A stretch of DNA of 64,000 nucleotides from an uncultured Gemmatimonadales bacterium (GCA_963798085.1 CAWCRS010000001.1:420522-484521); one strand, 5' to 3'; shown: positions 50,807 through 61,748, numbered from the stretch's first letter. Numbers and translations: made by a program. The notes: generated by a model not told the origin, from the sequence alone.

Positions 50807-51789
50807 ATGAGAAAGAAGTGTTTCAGAGCCCCTGTTAGAGTCCGAAGTCTGCATCGGAGCAACGAACTGAGGCTTGTTTTGCTCCTGCTGGGCCTGTTCC
50901 TGGCTGCGGTTCCGCTGGCACCCTCGAGCGTGCACGGTCTGCAACGCGCGCTTGGGAACACCGGGCCCGGGAGCATCCGCAACCAGACGGGGATTGAGAT
51001 GGTCTGGATTCCGGCCGGAAGCTTCGCCATGGGTTCGACGGATTCAGAATTGCAAGCAGCATTTGAGAATGCGAAAGAAGCCAATCCGAATGCGAAGTTG
51101 GACGGGTTCTCGGGAGAGGTGCCCAGGCACCGGGTCACCATTCGGAAGGGCTTCTACATGGGAAAGTATGAAGTCACTCAAGGGCAGTGGCAGGCGGTGA
51201 TGGGGACCACGGTGGAGCAACAACGTGCGAGAGCCGGTCCAACGTGGAGCCTGACCGGAGCGGGTGACGATTATCCGATGGACTTCGTCAATTGGAATGA
51301 GGCGCAGGAGTTCATCGAGAAGCTGAACGCGATGAATGATGGCTACCGGTATCGCTTGCCGACCGAGGCGGAATGGGAGTATGCCGCCCGAGCGGGAACG
51401 ACGACTTCATTTGCATTTGGGGACTCCCTCAGTTCAGACCAGGCGAACTTTGATGGCAACTATCCTTACGGTGGCGCGCGCAAGGGCGTTTACCGGCACG
51501 GGACCGTGCGGCAGGAAGTTTTCAACCGAACGCCTGGGGCCTGTTCGACATGCATGGCAACGTCTACGAATGGTGCGAGGATGACTATCACGACAATTAC
51601 AGCGGAGCGCCGACTGACGGGAGCGCGTGGCTGGGTGGCGGTGACCGCAGGGTGTTGCGCGGCGGTTCGTATGGCAGCAACGCTGCCAATCTGCGCTCCG
51701 CCGTGCGCCACGGGTTCACACCGGGTACTCGCAGCGGCAGTCTCGGCTTTCGTGTGGTCGCGGTCGCGCGGACTCCACAGCCGCGATGA
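50807..51789 (+). CDS. Formylglycine-generating enzyme (SUMF1) family protein; frameshift near 51510
   Basis: [49 protein letters not shown]. Confidence 0.9.
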
Positions 51790-51946
51790 AAGACCACATT
51801 GCGCGACTGGAAGCGCAGCGGATTGAGCCAATCGATGACTGAACCCGGACCGGTCGACGGGTGCGAAATCGGGTCGCCGGACTTGCAGTTGAGGCTGACC
51901 CGCGGCTGATGCCCGCGCCCAAACCGTGTGTTGTCCCGGGAGGATC

Positions 51947-52876
51947 ATGAAAGCAGAACGAGTTCTACGATTCGGTGCACCTGACGTGATCACCAGCGAT
52001 GACCTGCCTCGGCCCGCACCCGCCGCTGGACAACTTCTGGTTCGCGTCAAGGCGGCAGGAGTGGGCAAATGGGACGCGCTCACCCGTGAGGGCAGGATTC
52101 GACTCCAGCCGCTGCCACTCATTCTCGGCGCGGAGCTATCCGGAATCGTCGAAGCGATCGGTGCGGAAGTCCTGGGCTTCAAGCCTGGTGACGAAGTCTA
52201 CGGCGCAACGAACCGGCAATTTACTGGGGCATACGCAGAATTGGCGCTGGCGTCGGCCGGCATGATGGCGCAAAAGCCGAAGACGTTGAGCTTCATCGCG
52301 GCGGCCTCCGCTCCCATCGTAGCGGTCACGGCCTGGCAGATGCTTTTCGAGCATGCCCGCGCAAGCGCTGGGCAGACCGTGCTCGTCCACGGGGCAGCCG
52401 GCAACGTTGGCGCATACGCTGTCCAACTGGCCAGCCAGGCCGGCCTTCATGTCGTCGCGACCGCCGCCTCCGCCGATCTGGACTACGTCCGAGGTCTGGG
52501 CGCTGAAAGAGTTCTGGACTACAGAACGCAGCGATTCGAGGAATCGTTGACTGGTGTGGATGTGGTCCTCGATACGGTTGGGGGAGAGACGCAGCAGCGG
52601 TCACTTCTGGTCCTGAAGCCGGGGGGAATTCTCGTTTCCAGCGTGTCAGCCGTTCCCGAGGCAGCACTGACACGTTATGGCGTCCGAGCGGCCTATTTTG
52701 TTGTAGAGGTGACGTCGGCGCGATTGAACGAGCTCGCGGAACTGTTCGATGGAGGAAGACTGGTTACGGACGTAGGAACTGTGCTTCCGCTGGAAGAAGC
52801 TCCCATCGCACACGCAATGCTGGGAGGCGCCCCGCACAAGCGCGGCAAGATCGTGCTTACCACCTCGGCCTGTTGA
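51947..52876 (+). CDS. NADPH:quinone reductase-like MDR oxidoreductase
   Basis: VLVHGAAGNVGAYAVQLA, GKIVL. Confidence 0.9.
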   Translation: MKAERVLRFGAPDVITSDDLPRPAPAAGQLLVRVKAAGVGKWDALTREGRIRLQPLPLILGAELSGIVEAIGAEVLGFKPGDEVYGATNRQFTGAYAELALASAGMMAQKPKTLSFIAAASAPIVAVTAWQMLFEHARASAGQTVLVHGAAGNVGAYAVQLASQAGLHVVATAASADLDYVRGLGAERVLDYRTQRFEESLTGVDVVLDTVGGETQQRSLLVLKPGGILVSSVSAVPEAALTRYGVRAAYFVVEVTSARLNELAELFDGGRLVTDVGTVLPLEEAPIAHAMLGGAPHKRGKIVLTTSAC

Positions 52877-52941
52877 TGTGCACTTCACGAGAGATCGCTC
52901 GCTTTGTTCCATTCGCTCGCAAGTGAACTCCGGCGTTGGGC
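52868..52941 (+). repeat. Degenerate attC (R'' lost), related to the attC of cassette H
   Basis: TGCACTTCACGAG...TCGCTCGCAAGTGAAC-TCCGGC-GTTGGGC. Confidence 0.65.
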
Positions 52942-52978
52942 GTCTTGCATGGAGCGTACCTGTCAGGGGAGAATCTGA

Positions 52979-53284
52979 ATGCCGAAGGGATACTGGATGG
53001 TTCGCCTCGATATCATTGATCAGGAGCAGTTCAACAAGTATGTCGTCGCGAATGCCGACGCACTCAGGAAATACGGCGCGCGGTTCCTTGCCAGAGCGGG
53101 TCTGTACAGCGTACCGGAAGGAGCCACCAGAACACGGAACACCATTCTGGAGTTTCCGTCCTACCAGGCGGCTCTCGATTGCTGGCACTCGCCCGAGTAT
53201 CAATCGGCACTCGCGTTCAGGTTGTCGGCTGCGGCTATCGATCTTGTAATCGTTGAGGGCTATGATGGCCCGCAGCCGTCATGA
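52979..53284 (+). CDS. DUF1330 protein
   Basis: MPKGYW...YGARFLAR.G...EFPSYQAALDCWHSPEYQ. Confidence 0.9.
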   Translation: MPKGYWMVRLDIIDQEQFNKYVVANADALRKYGARFLARAGLYSVPEGATRTRNTILEFPSYQAALDCWHSPEYQSALAFRLSAAAIDLVIVEGYDGPQPS

Positions 53285-53449
53285 GCTGTCACGCAACGGC
53301 TATCGGCAGATCGCGCGATGAAGTGGGGCGGCCGCCCTGCGCGGGCTGCGACTGCCGGGGCGCCACGGTATACCCACGGGTTCCAGGTTGAGTCGTACGG
53401 CGCAGTGGTCGTATTCAGAGATCCACATCGCGACTTCGGGCGCCTGGGC

Positions 53450-53880
53450 TGAAGTGAGCTGAGGCGGTACCCCTCAGACCTGCGCTCCACATGGAGCGAA
53501 CCTTTCGCGACGCCCATGGGCAGTGACGGTCAGTCCACGGCTGCGACGGTCGCGAACGACCCATTTCCGCCGCAGCGCACAGTCCAGCAGGGCCGCGCCG
53601 AGCGCTCCGCCGAGATCAGGCCGCCGCTCACTCCAATCGAGACACAGGCGAACCGGCGGCGACGGGCGCGCAGATCTTCGACGTCGATTCCCAATGCCGC
53701 CATCGCTTTCACTCCGCTCGTCGTCAGATCGCCATCCCCCCCGGCGCTGTGAGCCGCTGGCGGCGAACCAGCCCGGCGCGACGAAGCGATCGTACAGCGT
53801 GACGCCGAGAACCCCGGCGAATCGTTCACTTCAGGAGTGTGCCCGGGATGGTCGAGCGAAGTCGCACGATCGAGCATCTC
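53450..53880 (-). pseudogene. C-terminal remnant of an ArsR/wHTH regulator (YdfF-like)
   Basis: Across frames: LGVTLYDR...LT..G...ALGID...RRRFAC..DWSERRPDLGGALGAALL. Confidence 0.6.
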
Positions 53881-53884
53881 GAGC

Positions 53885-54463
53885 ATCCGGGCGAACGGCG
53901 CGTCGTTCCATGTGGCGTGCGCCGGGAACGGGCCGATGCTGCTCCTGCTGAACGGGTGGCCGGAGTTCTGGCTGGCCTGGGAACCGGTGATGGAGCGGCT
54001 CGCCCATCGCTACACCCTTGTCGCACCCGATCTCGCCCGCTACCGCAGGATCGAGCGCCCGCGCTACGGCTACTACCTCGACCACCTGACCGATGCCTGG
54101 TCCACGGTGGCGATCGGCCTGGGCCTCGGCCTCTCCCCTTACATGCTGTTATCCGTCGGCCTCGCCATTGTCATCGCCTATCTCGTGCTCAGCATCAACG
54201 TGTACCTCGAGACCCACGTGTTCGGCGAGTTCGGCCTCGGCTACGGCAAGCTGGGCCCCAGCGAGGCGAGGATCCTGCTGTTCCTGCTCAACCTGCTGGC
54301 CCTGTTCCGGGGACCGCTGCGGTTCCGCCTGTTCGGCGTGGGCATGACCGTGTTCGACATTGGCGGCATGGCCGCGGCCCTCGGCATGTTCGGGTTATTG
54401 GCCGCTCGGGCGGTTCGCAATCTCCGCGGTCTCGCGCAGCTGGAGCCGGCGAGGCGGGGATAG
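53885..54463 (+). pseudogene. Chimera: alpha/beta-hydrolase N-terminus fused near 54030 to a CDP-alcohol phosphatidyltransferase C-terminus
   Basis: GPMLLLLNGWPEFW...LVAPDL joined to ARYRRIERPRYGYYLDHLTD...GPSEARI. Confidence 0.7.
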
Positions 54464-54665
54464 GGGCGGGTTACTGCGGGACAACGGCGGGTCATGGGCG
54501 GGGGCGGGGAATTGGGCGGGCGAGGGCGGTCAATACCTCTTGTCGGGTGGGTTACGGAGAGGTTGCAGGGAACGGCGGTGCTGTGGCATGTTGGCGAGGA
54601 TCTACGCGAGAACGGATTCAATGCTGTTGGGCGAGGGCGGGCGGTGATCGGCGGCGTGCTCGCTG

Positions 54666-54696
54666 GTTGACGACGTTCACAGATTTGGTGTTATCT
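54666..54696 (+). other. Putative attI-like entry site of array 2
   Basis: GTTGACGACGTTCAC-9bp-G|TTATCT; no attC body upstream; the core pairs with the end of cassette N. Confidence 0.5.
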
Positions 54697-54835
54697 GAAA
54701 TACCGCGATCACATTGAGCGCGCAGCGGCTGGGGCACATAGAGCGCCACTAGTCAGTCTTGCTTTGAGCATGTTATGCTATCAGCCCGCCATTCGCATTG
54801 TAAGGCTGGCGAACCCCCGGTAGGTGAGGTGATCC

Positions 54836-55567
54836 GTGCCATTATACGCGATCCTTCTGCTCACGGCAGCGATGTTTATTGGCACCGGTCTGGTTTTCGG
54901 GCTGGGACTGCGGAAGCTCTACAAGCGGGAGGGGGCGCGCCTTCGCGCGCTGGCACAAACGGTTGCTCTTGCCGGGACTTGGATTGTTGATCCCGGTGGT
55001 CGGCGTTTATTCCGCAATCGTTGCCGGCATGAGCTTGCAGGCTGGTGAGCTTTTCCTGATCGGCGCCATGCTGACCGGGGAGGCGATCTGCGTCGTGAAA
55101 CGGCTCCGCGGAAAAGCGCGACGCGGTTCCCCACTGCAGATTGGTCGGATTCCGGAGCGCAAAGCCGATCGGGTTGGCCCGGTTGTTGGAGTCCTTGCGG
55201 CTGGCCTGTATGTCATGGCCATGGTCGTAGACAAGTCCGTCAGTGTGGTAGGAATCGCGCGTTTGATGGCTATCGTCGGGACCGAGCGGCCGCGGTGCTC
55301 ACCGGACCGATCAGGCACTAGCTCGACGAGGGCGGCGTTCAGCAGTTCGCGGGGCTCGTGCCATGGGACCGCTTCGAGTCCTTCCGCTACATTGCTTTCG
55401 AGAGAACCGCCGTATTCTCGTTGCAACTCCGCAGGCCCGGGTGGTTCCGCAAAGCGGTGACCGTGGCAGTGCCGCGCGAAGAAGTGGCCGAGGTGAGTGG
55501 CTGGTTGTCGGAGAGGTTGCCCTGTCTGGAAGTGCAGGATAAGCACATGCTATCCAGTACGACATGA
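54836..55567 (+). pseudogene. Membrane protein, frameshifted (cassette N)
   Basis: TM segments across three frames; C-terminal GLVPWDRFESFRY. Confidence 0.5.
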
Positions 55568-55779
55568 ACGTGGTTCGAGGCAACGCGCAACCCAGGTACA
55601 TCGTCACGAACCTGCCACGCTGCCACGCGTTGTACCGTGGCTCGGGCTTCAGGCGCCTCTTGCGGGCGCCGAAGAAGAGAATCGCAAGATCGGTGTCGAT
55701 ACATTGTGCGGCAGGAAGTGACGGCGCACTACCGAAGCCGCAGGAACGCTGATGCCAAGGCTGCGGCGCGCGGCACTTC

Positions 55780-55925
55780 AGATAACACGTCATTTCACGC
55801 TCGGCGGCCTGGGCGGCCGCCGGCCGCGCAGCGGCCGAGGCGGGCAGCTGGGAAGGGCGCGGACATGCCTGTGCCGCCCTGACGGTCGGCTCCGGCACGT
55901 CGTGAACCACTCAGAAACGTTATGT
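55780..55925 (+). repeat. Atypical attC-like site (family 2)
   Basis: AGATAAC-6-TTTCACGC...GTCGTGAAC-11-GTTATGT. Confidence 0.8.
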
Positions 55926-55976
55926 GCAATAGGTCTCACCGATCCCCATTTTGGAGCGGAAGCGCTCGAACGCTGA

Positions 55977-56877
55977 ATGGTCGCGGTGTATGCAGCGCAT
56001 GAAGGCAACGTGGAGGAGCCTTTGATCACAGTGGATTCCCCAAGCGGCTCACCGCGCTTTCTGTTCATGGACGAATCGTATAGCTCAACGACGACGATCT
56101 CAGCCCTCACCGGCCTTCTGGTGCCGATTCACGTGTATCCCGCTGTGCGCGAACGCTTCTTTGACGTGCTGCATTGGTCGATACGTCCGGCGGACAACGT
56201 GATCGCTCACCCGCCCGAACTACACGCGAAGACGTTTCTCGCCGGGGAGCCCGATGATCGAAAGTTGCATGTCCTTCGACAGATTGCGGATCTAGTCATT
56301 GCGTCGGGAATCGGCATATACCGCGTGGGCTACTACATTACGACGGAGATCAGACAGCGGTTTCCCCTCGATCAAAACATGGAAGGGGCGTGCTGGCTCA
56401 GCATGCTTTTCATGCTTGAAGCTGTCTTGGCACACTCGCCTGTGATTCCGGTCATGGACGGCTTCAATACCGACCGTGTCAGACGGTTCTCTGGTCCCGT
56501 CAAGAGCATGGATGTCATGCGTGCAGCCGGCGCCGAGCAAATGATCAGCGTTCCAAATGCGCAGAACCTGATCGGTGAGGTGTTTTACGCCGATAGCCAA
56601 TACGCGATTCTTACACAGGTGGCGGAATGTTGTAGCCTATCTCCGGTCGACCAAGGACTACGCTGACGATGGGAAACCATTGACCGACTATAGACGACAG
56701 GTTCTGGATGTAGCGCGGACACTTGAGCCTGCGATCGTTCAGGAAGAGGTCATCGCATTCTCCCTCGACGGTCGAGTTCAGGGTCCGCCTCACCGTGAGA
56801 AGAGGTCAACCGGGGGTGCGCTGCGCGGTGCAAGCACAGTCGAGCCTGAAGACCCGCCACACGTTGGCGACGCATGA
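55977..56877 (+). CDS. DUF3800-like protein; frameshift near 56625 (cassette O)
   Basis: FLFMDES, ELHA, DS...LTQVA.VVAY. Confidence 0.6.
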
Positions 56878-56973
56878 AGGATCAGGGCTCAACCAACCAC
56901 ACCTGCGAGGCGGTTGTGACACGCTCTGGAGCGAATCAGCGGCACGGTTAGGCAACCAGGTGAGACCTACTGC

Positions 56974-57136
56974 ACATAACAGTGACATTTCACGCTTCGC
57001 AGCGCCTGGCGGCGCTGCTTGCCATGGCGCGAGCAGGCGCATCATGATACTACAGAGCGTGGCGTCGCGCCATGGACACTTCGCCTGGTCGGCTGTCGCC
57101 GCCCGGCTCGCGTCGTGAACGCACGGAACGTTAGCT
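56974..57136 (+). repeat. Atypical attC-like site (family 2)
   Basis: ACATAAC-7-TTTCACGC...GTCGTGAAC-9-GTTAGCT. Confidence 0.8.
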
Positions 57137-57430
57137 GAAACAACCGGTCCCAACGGCGGCCGGGTACGGCGGCCGATCAACATCGCATCACCGGAACGAC
57201 CCCATTCGCCGGCGCTCTCAAGGTTTTGGGGTATGAGCCTTGCCGCAGCGTGCCGCTGAGTCCAACATTCTGTAGGAGCGCGACTTTGGGCGAGCCCGCA
57301 CCGGTTAGCTTTGCCGGTTACACAAGCTCGGACTCTCGGGGGATTGTCACGTTGACTCGGCTTCTCAGAGTTGGCCCGAAATCACCCAAGAACCTCAAGG
57401 AAGCCAATTGCGTCAAGGAAAGGCAAGCCG

Positions 57431-58584
57431 ATGAACCGAAATCTGGGCGCCGCGAAGGCGGCGAAGAAGGACGAGTTCTACACACAGTACGTCGACATCC
57501 AGAAAGAGGTCGAGGCCTACCTTGAGTTCGATCCCGACACGTTCCGGGGCAAGGTTGTGTACTGCAACTGTGACGATCCGTTCGAGAGCAACTTCTTCAA
57601 GTACTTCGCCGCCAACTTCAACAAGCTTGGCCTGAAGAAGCTCATCACCACCAGCTACGACGGATCTCCCATCGCCGGCCAGGGCACCCTGTTCCCGGAA
57701 TACAACGAGGGGAATGGCAATCGCCAGAAGCCCAAGGCGCTTGCCGTTATCCTCGACCGTGTGAAGGACGAGGACGGAGACGGCGCTGCGAACGTCACCG
57801 ACGTCGAGCTATTCCTCAAGCGAAACAAGGCCGCCCGGAACGCGTTGAGAGGTAACGACAGGTACGCTGGAGGGGATTTCCGCAGCCCCGAGTGCATTGC
57901 GCTCCAGAAAGAGGCCGACATCGTGGTCACCAATCCACCCTTCTCGCTCTTCCGCCAGTACGTCGCCCAATTGATGAAGCAAAAGAAGCGGTTACTCATC
58001 ATCGGCAATCTCAACGCGATTAAATACAAAGTGGTCTTTCCGCACTTTCAGGGCAACAGGCTATGGCTTGGTCCAAGCATAACGGGCGGCGATCGCGAAT
58101 TTCGCGTGCCTGACACCTACCCGCTTAATGCCGCAGGGTGGCGAGTGGATGAGGACGGGACCAAGTTCATCAGAGTCAAAGGCGTCAGGTGGTTCACCAA
58201 CTTGGACCATGGGCGTCGCCACCAGCCCTTGAACCTTATGACCATGGCGGATAATCTCAAATTCAACAAGAAGCTTGCGGGGAGGTCGGCTTACAACCGG
58301 TTCGATAACTACACCGCCATCGAAGTACCATTCACCGATGCCATACCTAGCGACTACGACGGCGTAATGGGCGTCCCGATTAGCTTCCTCGACAAATACT
58401 CGCCGGAACAGTTTGAGATCATCTGGCAGGCAAGCGGCAATACTCGCGCGTCCACCCCAGCAGTGGTCTTGGATCAGATGGGGTATTCGTCCCGATCCTG
58501 ATGATCGCGGCGGCTGTGCGATGTCTAGATGGAAGAAGGATGTACGACAGAATCTTCATTAGACATCGAGCGGCGGCGCAATGA
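57431..58584 (+). CDS. Adenine-specific DNA methyltransferase, EcoRI family; frameshifts near the 3' end (cassette P)
   Basis: [41 protein letters not shown]. Confidence 0.9.
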
Positions 58585-59746
58585 AAACCACCCTAAGAAC
58601 CGACATCACCGTAGCGCGCATTTGCGAAGGGTTTGTGTACAACCAATTGGAGGGGAAAGGATTGTTCGGGCTCGCCGGAAAGCTCACCATCCAGCCGGAG
58701 TACCAGCGCAACTACATCTATGCGGATGGCGGTGGCAAGAAGGAGCAGGCGGTCATCGAATCCCTTCTCAAGGGATATCCGCTTGGATTGATCTATTTCA
58801 ACAAAGTCGCGAAGGATAAGTTCGAAGTGCTGGACGGCCAGCAACGGATCACCAGTATCGGACGATTCATTACGAACAAGTTCGCGATTATGGACAACGG
58901 CAATCCGCAAAATTTCGACAGCCTGCCCGCCGACCAGCAGGAGAAGGTTCGGGACTCGAAGTTGTTGATCTATGAGTGCGAGGGTACGGAAACTGAGATA
59001 AAACAGTGGTTTGAGACCATAAACATCGCAGGTGTGCCGCTCAACGACCAGGAGCTCCTGAACGCAATCTACTCCGGACCATTTGTGACTCTTGCGAAGG
59101 CTGAGTTCAGCAATAGCCAGAACGCGAACGTCCAGAAGTGGAGCGCGTACATCAGAGGCAGTGCGAACCGGCAGAGCTTCCTGGAGCGGGCTCTTGACTG
59201 GGTGAGCAAGGGCGATATCGGCAGCTACATGAGCGCTCATCGTAACAATGGCAACATCAATGAGCTGAGAACCTACTTCAACAGCGTGATCGACTGGGTA
59301 TCGAGCGTCTTCAGGGACGTTGAGAAGGAGATGCAAGGATTGGAGTGGGGCGGCTCTACGAGCAATACCATTCCACGTCCTATGATCCGGCCAACGTATC
59401 CGCGGAGGTCAAGCGCCTTTACGCCGATCCGTACCTCAAGAGCCGTCGGGGCGTCTTCGAATATATTCTCGGTGGCCTTCAGGATACGAAGCTATTGGAT
59501 GTGCGGGTGTTCGACGAAGCGACCAAGCGGTCCGTCTACGCCAAGCAGACCAAGGCTGCAGAAGCCAGCGGCAAGTCCAATTGCCCGCTCTGCGCAGTTG
59601 GCCCTGATGCCAACAAGAGCAGGACATGGAAGTTTAGCGAAATGGACGCGGACCATGTTGCCGCATGGAGCAAGGATGGTGGAAGTTCGGCCAAGAACTG
59701 CCAAATGCTCTGCGTCACCCACAATCGGGCCAAGGGCAATCGGTAA
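58581..59746 (+). CDS. DUF262 (GmrS-like) + HNH endonuclease; frameshift near 59345
   Basis: [24 protein letters not shown]-terminal CPLC...MDADHV..WSKDG....NCQMLC..HNRAKGN. Confidence 0.88.
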
Positions 59747-59874
59747 TCTGGGCGTGCCACAGCCCCGGCAATGGAGAACAAGCCGAAATCGGAGCCGCCG
59801 ATATCACACTCTCTGCAAGGTTGACGATCGCAAACCGCTGCACAAGGGCAGCGCAGCCAGGGCCCGGTTGCATC

Positions 59875-60034
59875 AGCTAACACGCTATCTAACGCGGCGC
59901 GTCGCCTGCGGCGCCGCTGGCCATGGCCCGAGCGGGCGGGTAATTTCGTACGGAGCGCGGTGCTCGGGCCATGGACACTTCGCCTGGTCGGCTACGCCGC
60001 CCGGCTCGCGTCGTTAGCAGCAGAAACGTTAGCC
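59875..60034 (+). repeat. Atypical attC-like site (family 2)
   Basis: AGCTAAC-6-TCTAACGC...GTCGTTAGC-9-GTTAGCC. Confidence 0.8.
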
Positions 60035-60724
60035 GCAATCATTGGAACCGATCGCGCAGCCAAAGCGCGGCGCCCGCTTACAGGACACCATCGCCAGTCC
60101 CTCACGCAGGTAGGCGCGCCCGTATCCGATACCCAGGCGTGTAGCGATCAGGTTTGACTTGCGGCTCCTTGCGGGATCCCGGCCGAGCTCGACGCTCGGC
60201 GCAGGCGGGTTGGGGCGCACCGCGCCCAGGCGCTCGAGGCGGATGCCCCACGGCAACGCGAATCCAACTGCAGGCGGCCCCGTGGTCTCATGCCGACCCA
60301 CCATCGGCGCGCCGGGCCATGGACCCGCCATTTCGAAATCGTAGAGTGTGTGAGAGACCGCCGCCGCTCAATGACGCTCGCGAGCGGCGCCCCTCCCGGC
60401 GGCGGTCTCTCGGACACAACTCTGCTCGATTTCGTCGCATTTCCGCCGCCCACCCGTCGTTGGTAGCTTCATGAGCCAGGCGTGTGGGCGGCTGCATCTG
60501 GTCTCGCGGAGCCCGGGCACCCATCCTTGGCGCGTGGGGCGGTGCGGCGCGACGCGCCTTGCTGGCGTGGCAGCCGCCCGAACAATCACGCAGGTGGTCG
60601 CAAGTCAAACCGGCTCGGTAGCGTGCGCCGCGTATCGGATGCGGGCGCGCGGGGCGAGAGCGGCCCTGGCGTGGTAGGCTTCTGAGCAGGCGCGTGGGCA
60701 GTGCAGGCGGGTTCCAATGACAGC

Positions 60725-60867
60725 GGCTAACACGTCATTTCACGCAGCGCGGCGCTCCGCGCCGCTTGCCGCGCGGGTCGTGAAGGGGCAGATTGGGCCG
60801 GGCGCGGACATCCTGCGCCGTGCTTCGCCCGGCTCCGGAGGCTTCGTGAACAACCGAGACGTTATCT
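60725..60867 (+). repeat. Atypical attC-like site (family 2)
   Basis: GGCTAAC-6-TTTCACGC...TTCGTGAAC-9-GTTATCT. Confidence 0.8.
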
Positions 60868-60993
60868 GAAATGCTTTGCCGTTCGGCGTTGCCTTGGGGC
60901 CTGGCGTGTGACGGGCAGGCTAGTCATGAGTTGCAGCCGAGGCGGTCGCTACGGTACATTTTCAAGGAACGCAACTGGCCACTGGACGCCCGC

Positions 60994-61203
60994 ATGAAGC
61001 CCGAGCCGAACCGTGCCCTCTACATCGAGATTCTGCGCCGGCAGACGCCGGAGCAGCGGCTCAGCAAAGCCCTCGAGCTTGAGCAACTGGTTCGAGAGCT
61101 GTCTCGAGCAGGCGTCAAGAGTCGCAACCCAGGGATGGCGGCCGCGGAGGTGGATCGCGTCGCCGTTGAGCAGATTCTGCGGTGGCGCAGAAAGATCTCC
61201 TGA
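60994..61203 (+). CDS. Small putative antitoxin (Rv0078B/MenA1-like) (cassette R)
   Basis: TPEQRLSKALEL...RAGVKSRNP...EV; overlaps the NTase gene. Confidence 0.6.
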   Translation: MKPEPNRALYIEILRRQTPEQRLSKALELEQLVRELSRAGVKSRNPGMAAAEVDRVAVEQILRWRRKIS

Positions 61204-61748
61204 TCCATACGGTCGAGACCCTCAATACAGCCGGTATCGCCTACATGGTGACCGGGTCCATGGTGACGAGTCTCCAGGGCGAGCCGCGGTCGACGCATGA
61301 CATCGACGTGGTCGTGTCGATCACGGCGCAGGATGTTCCGCAATTGTTATCGGCATTTGAGCGTCCCCGGTTCTACGTGGATGAGGGTGCCGTGCGGGAG
61401 GCGATCCGGTGCGGCGGCATGTTCAACGTGATCGAAGCGGAAGAGGGTGACAAGGTCGATTTCTGGATGCTGCATGATGATCCGTTCGACCAGTCGCGGT
61501 TCCAACGTCGGTACGTGGAGCATGTGTTCGGAATCAACATGGTGGTCTCAAGACCGGAAGACACGATTCTGGCGAAATTACGCTGGGCGAAACTCTCCGG
61601 TGGCAGTGGGCGCCACATTCAGGACGTCGTGGGCGTGTATGAAGTGCAGGGACCGCGACTGGATCATAGCTACTTGGAGGGCTGGGCCGTACGCCTCGGC
61701 GTAACCGAGCTTCTGGCGAAGGTGAAGGAGCAGGCGGGAAGCGAATAG
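61182..61748 (+). CDS. Nucleotidyltransferase, putative toxin (MenT1/DUF6036-like)
   Basis: YMVTGS...GEPRSTHDIDVVV, PEDTILAKL, RHIQDV. Confidence 0.75.
   Translation: MAQKDLLIHTVETLNTAGIAYMVTGSMVTSLQGEPRSTHDIDVVVSITAQDVPQLLSAFERPRFYVDEGAVREAIRCGGMFNVIEAEEGDKVDFWMLHDDPFDQSRFQRRYVEHVFGINMVVSRPEDTILAKLRWAKLSGGSGRHIQDVVGVYEVQGPRLDHSYLEGWAVRLGVTELLAKVKEQAGSE

Noticed and set aside
53298..53390. Possible degenerate attC after DUF1330
   Set aside because: Cores and stem are too eroded to call.
54772..54778. GTTATGC as the start of cassette N
   Set aside because: The cassette's 3' end (TTCAGATAAC) pairs with GTTATCTGAA at 54690, not with this site.
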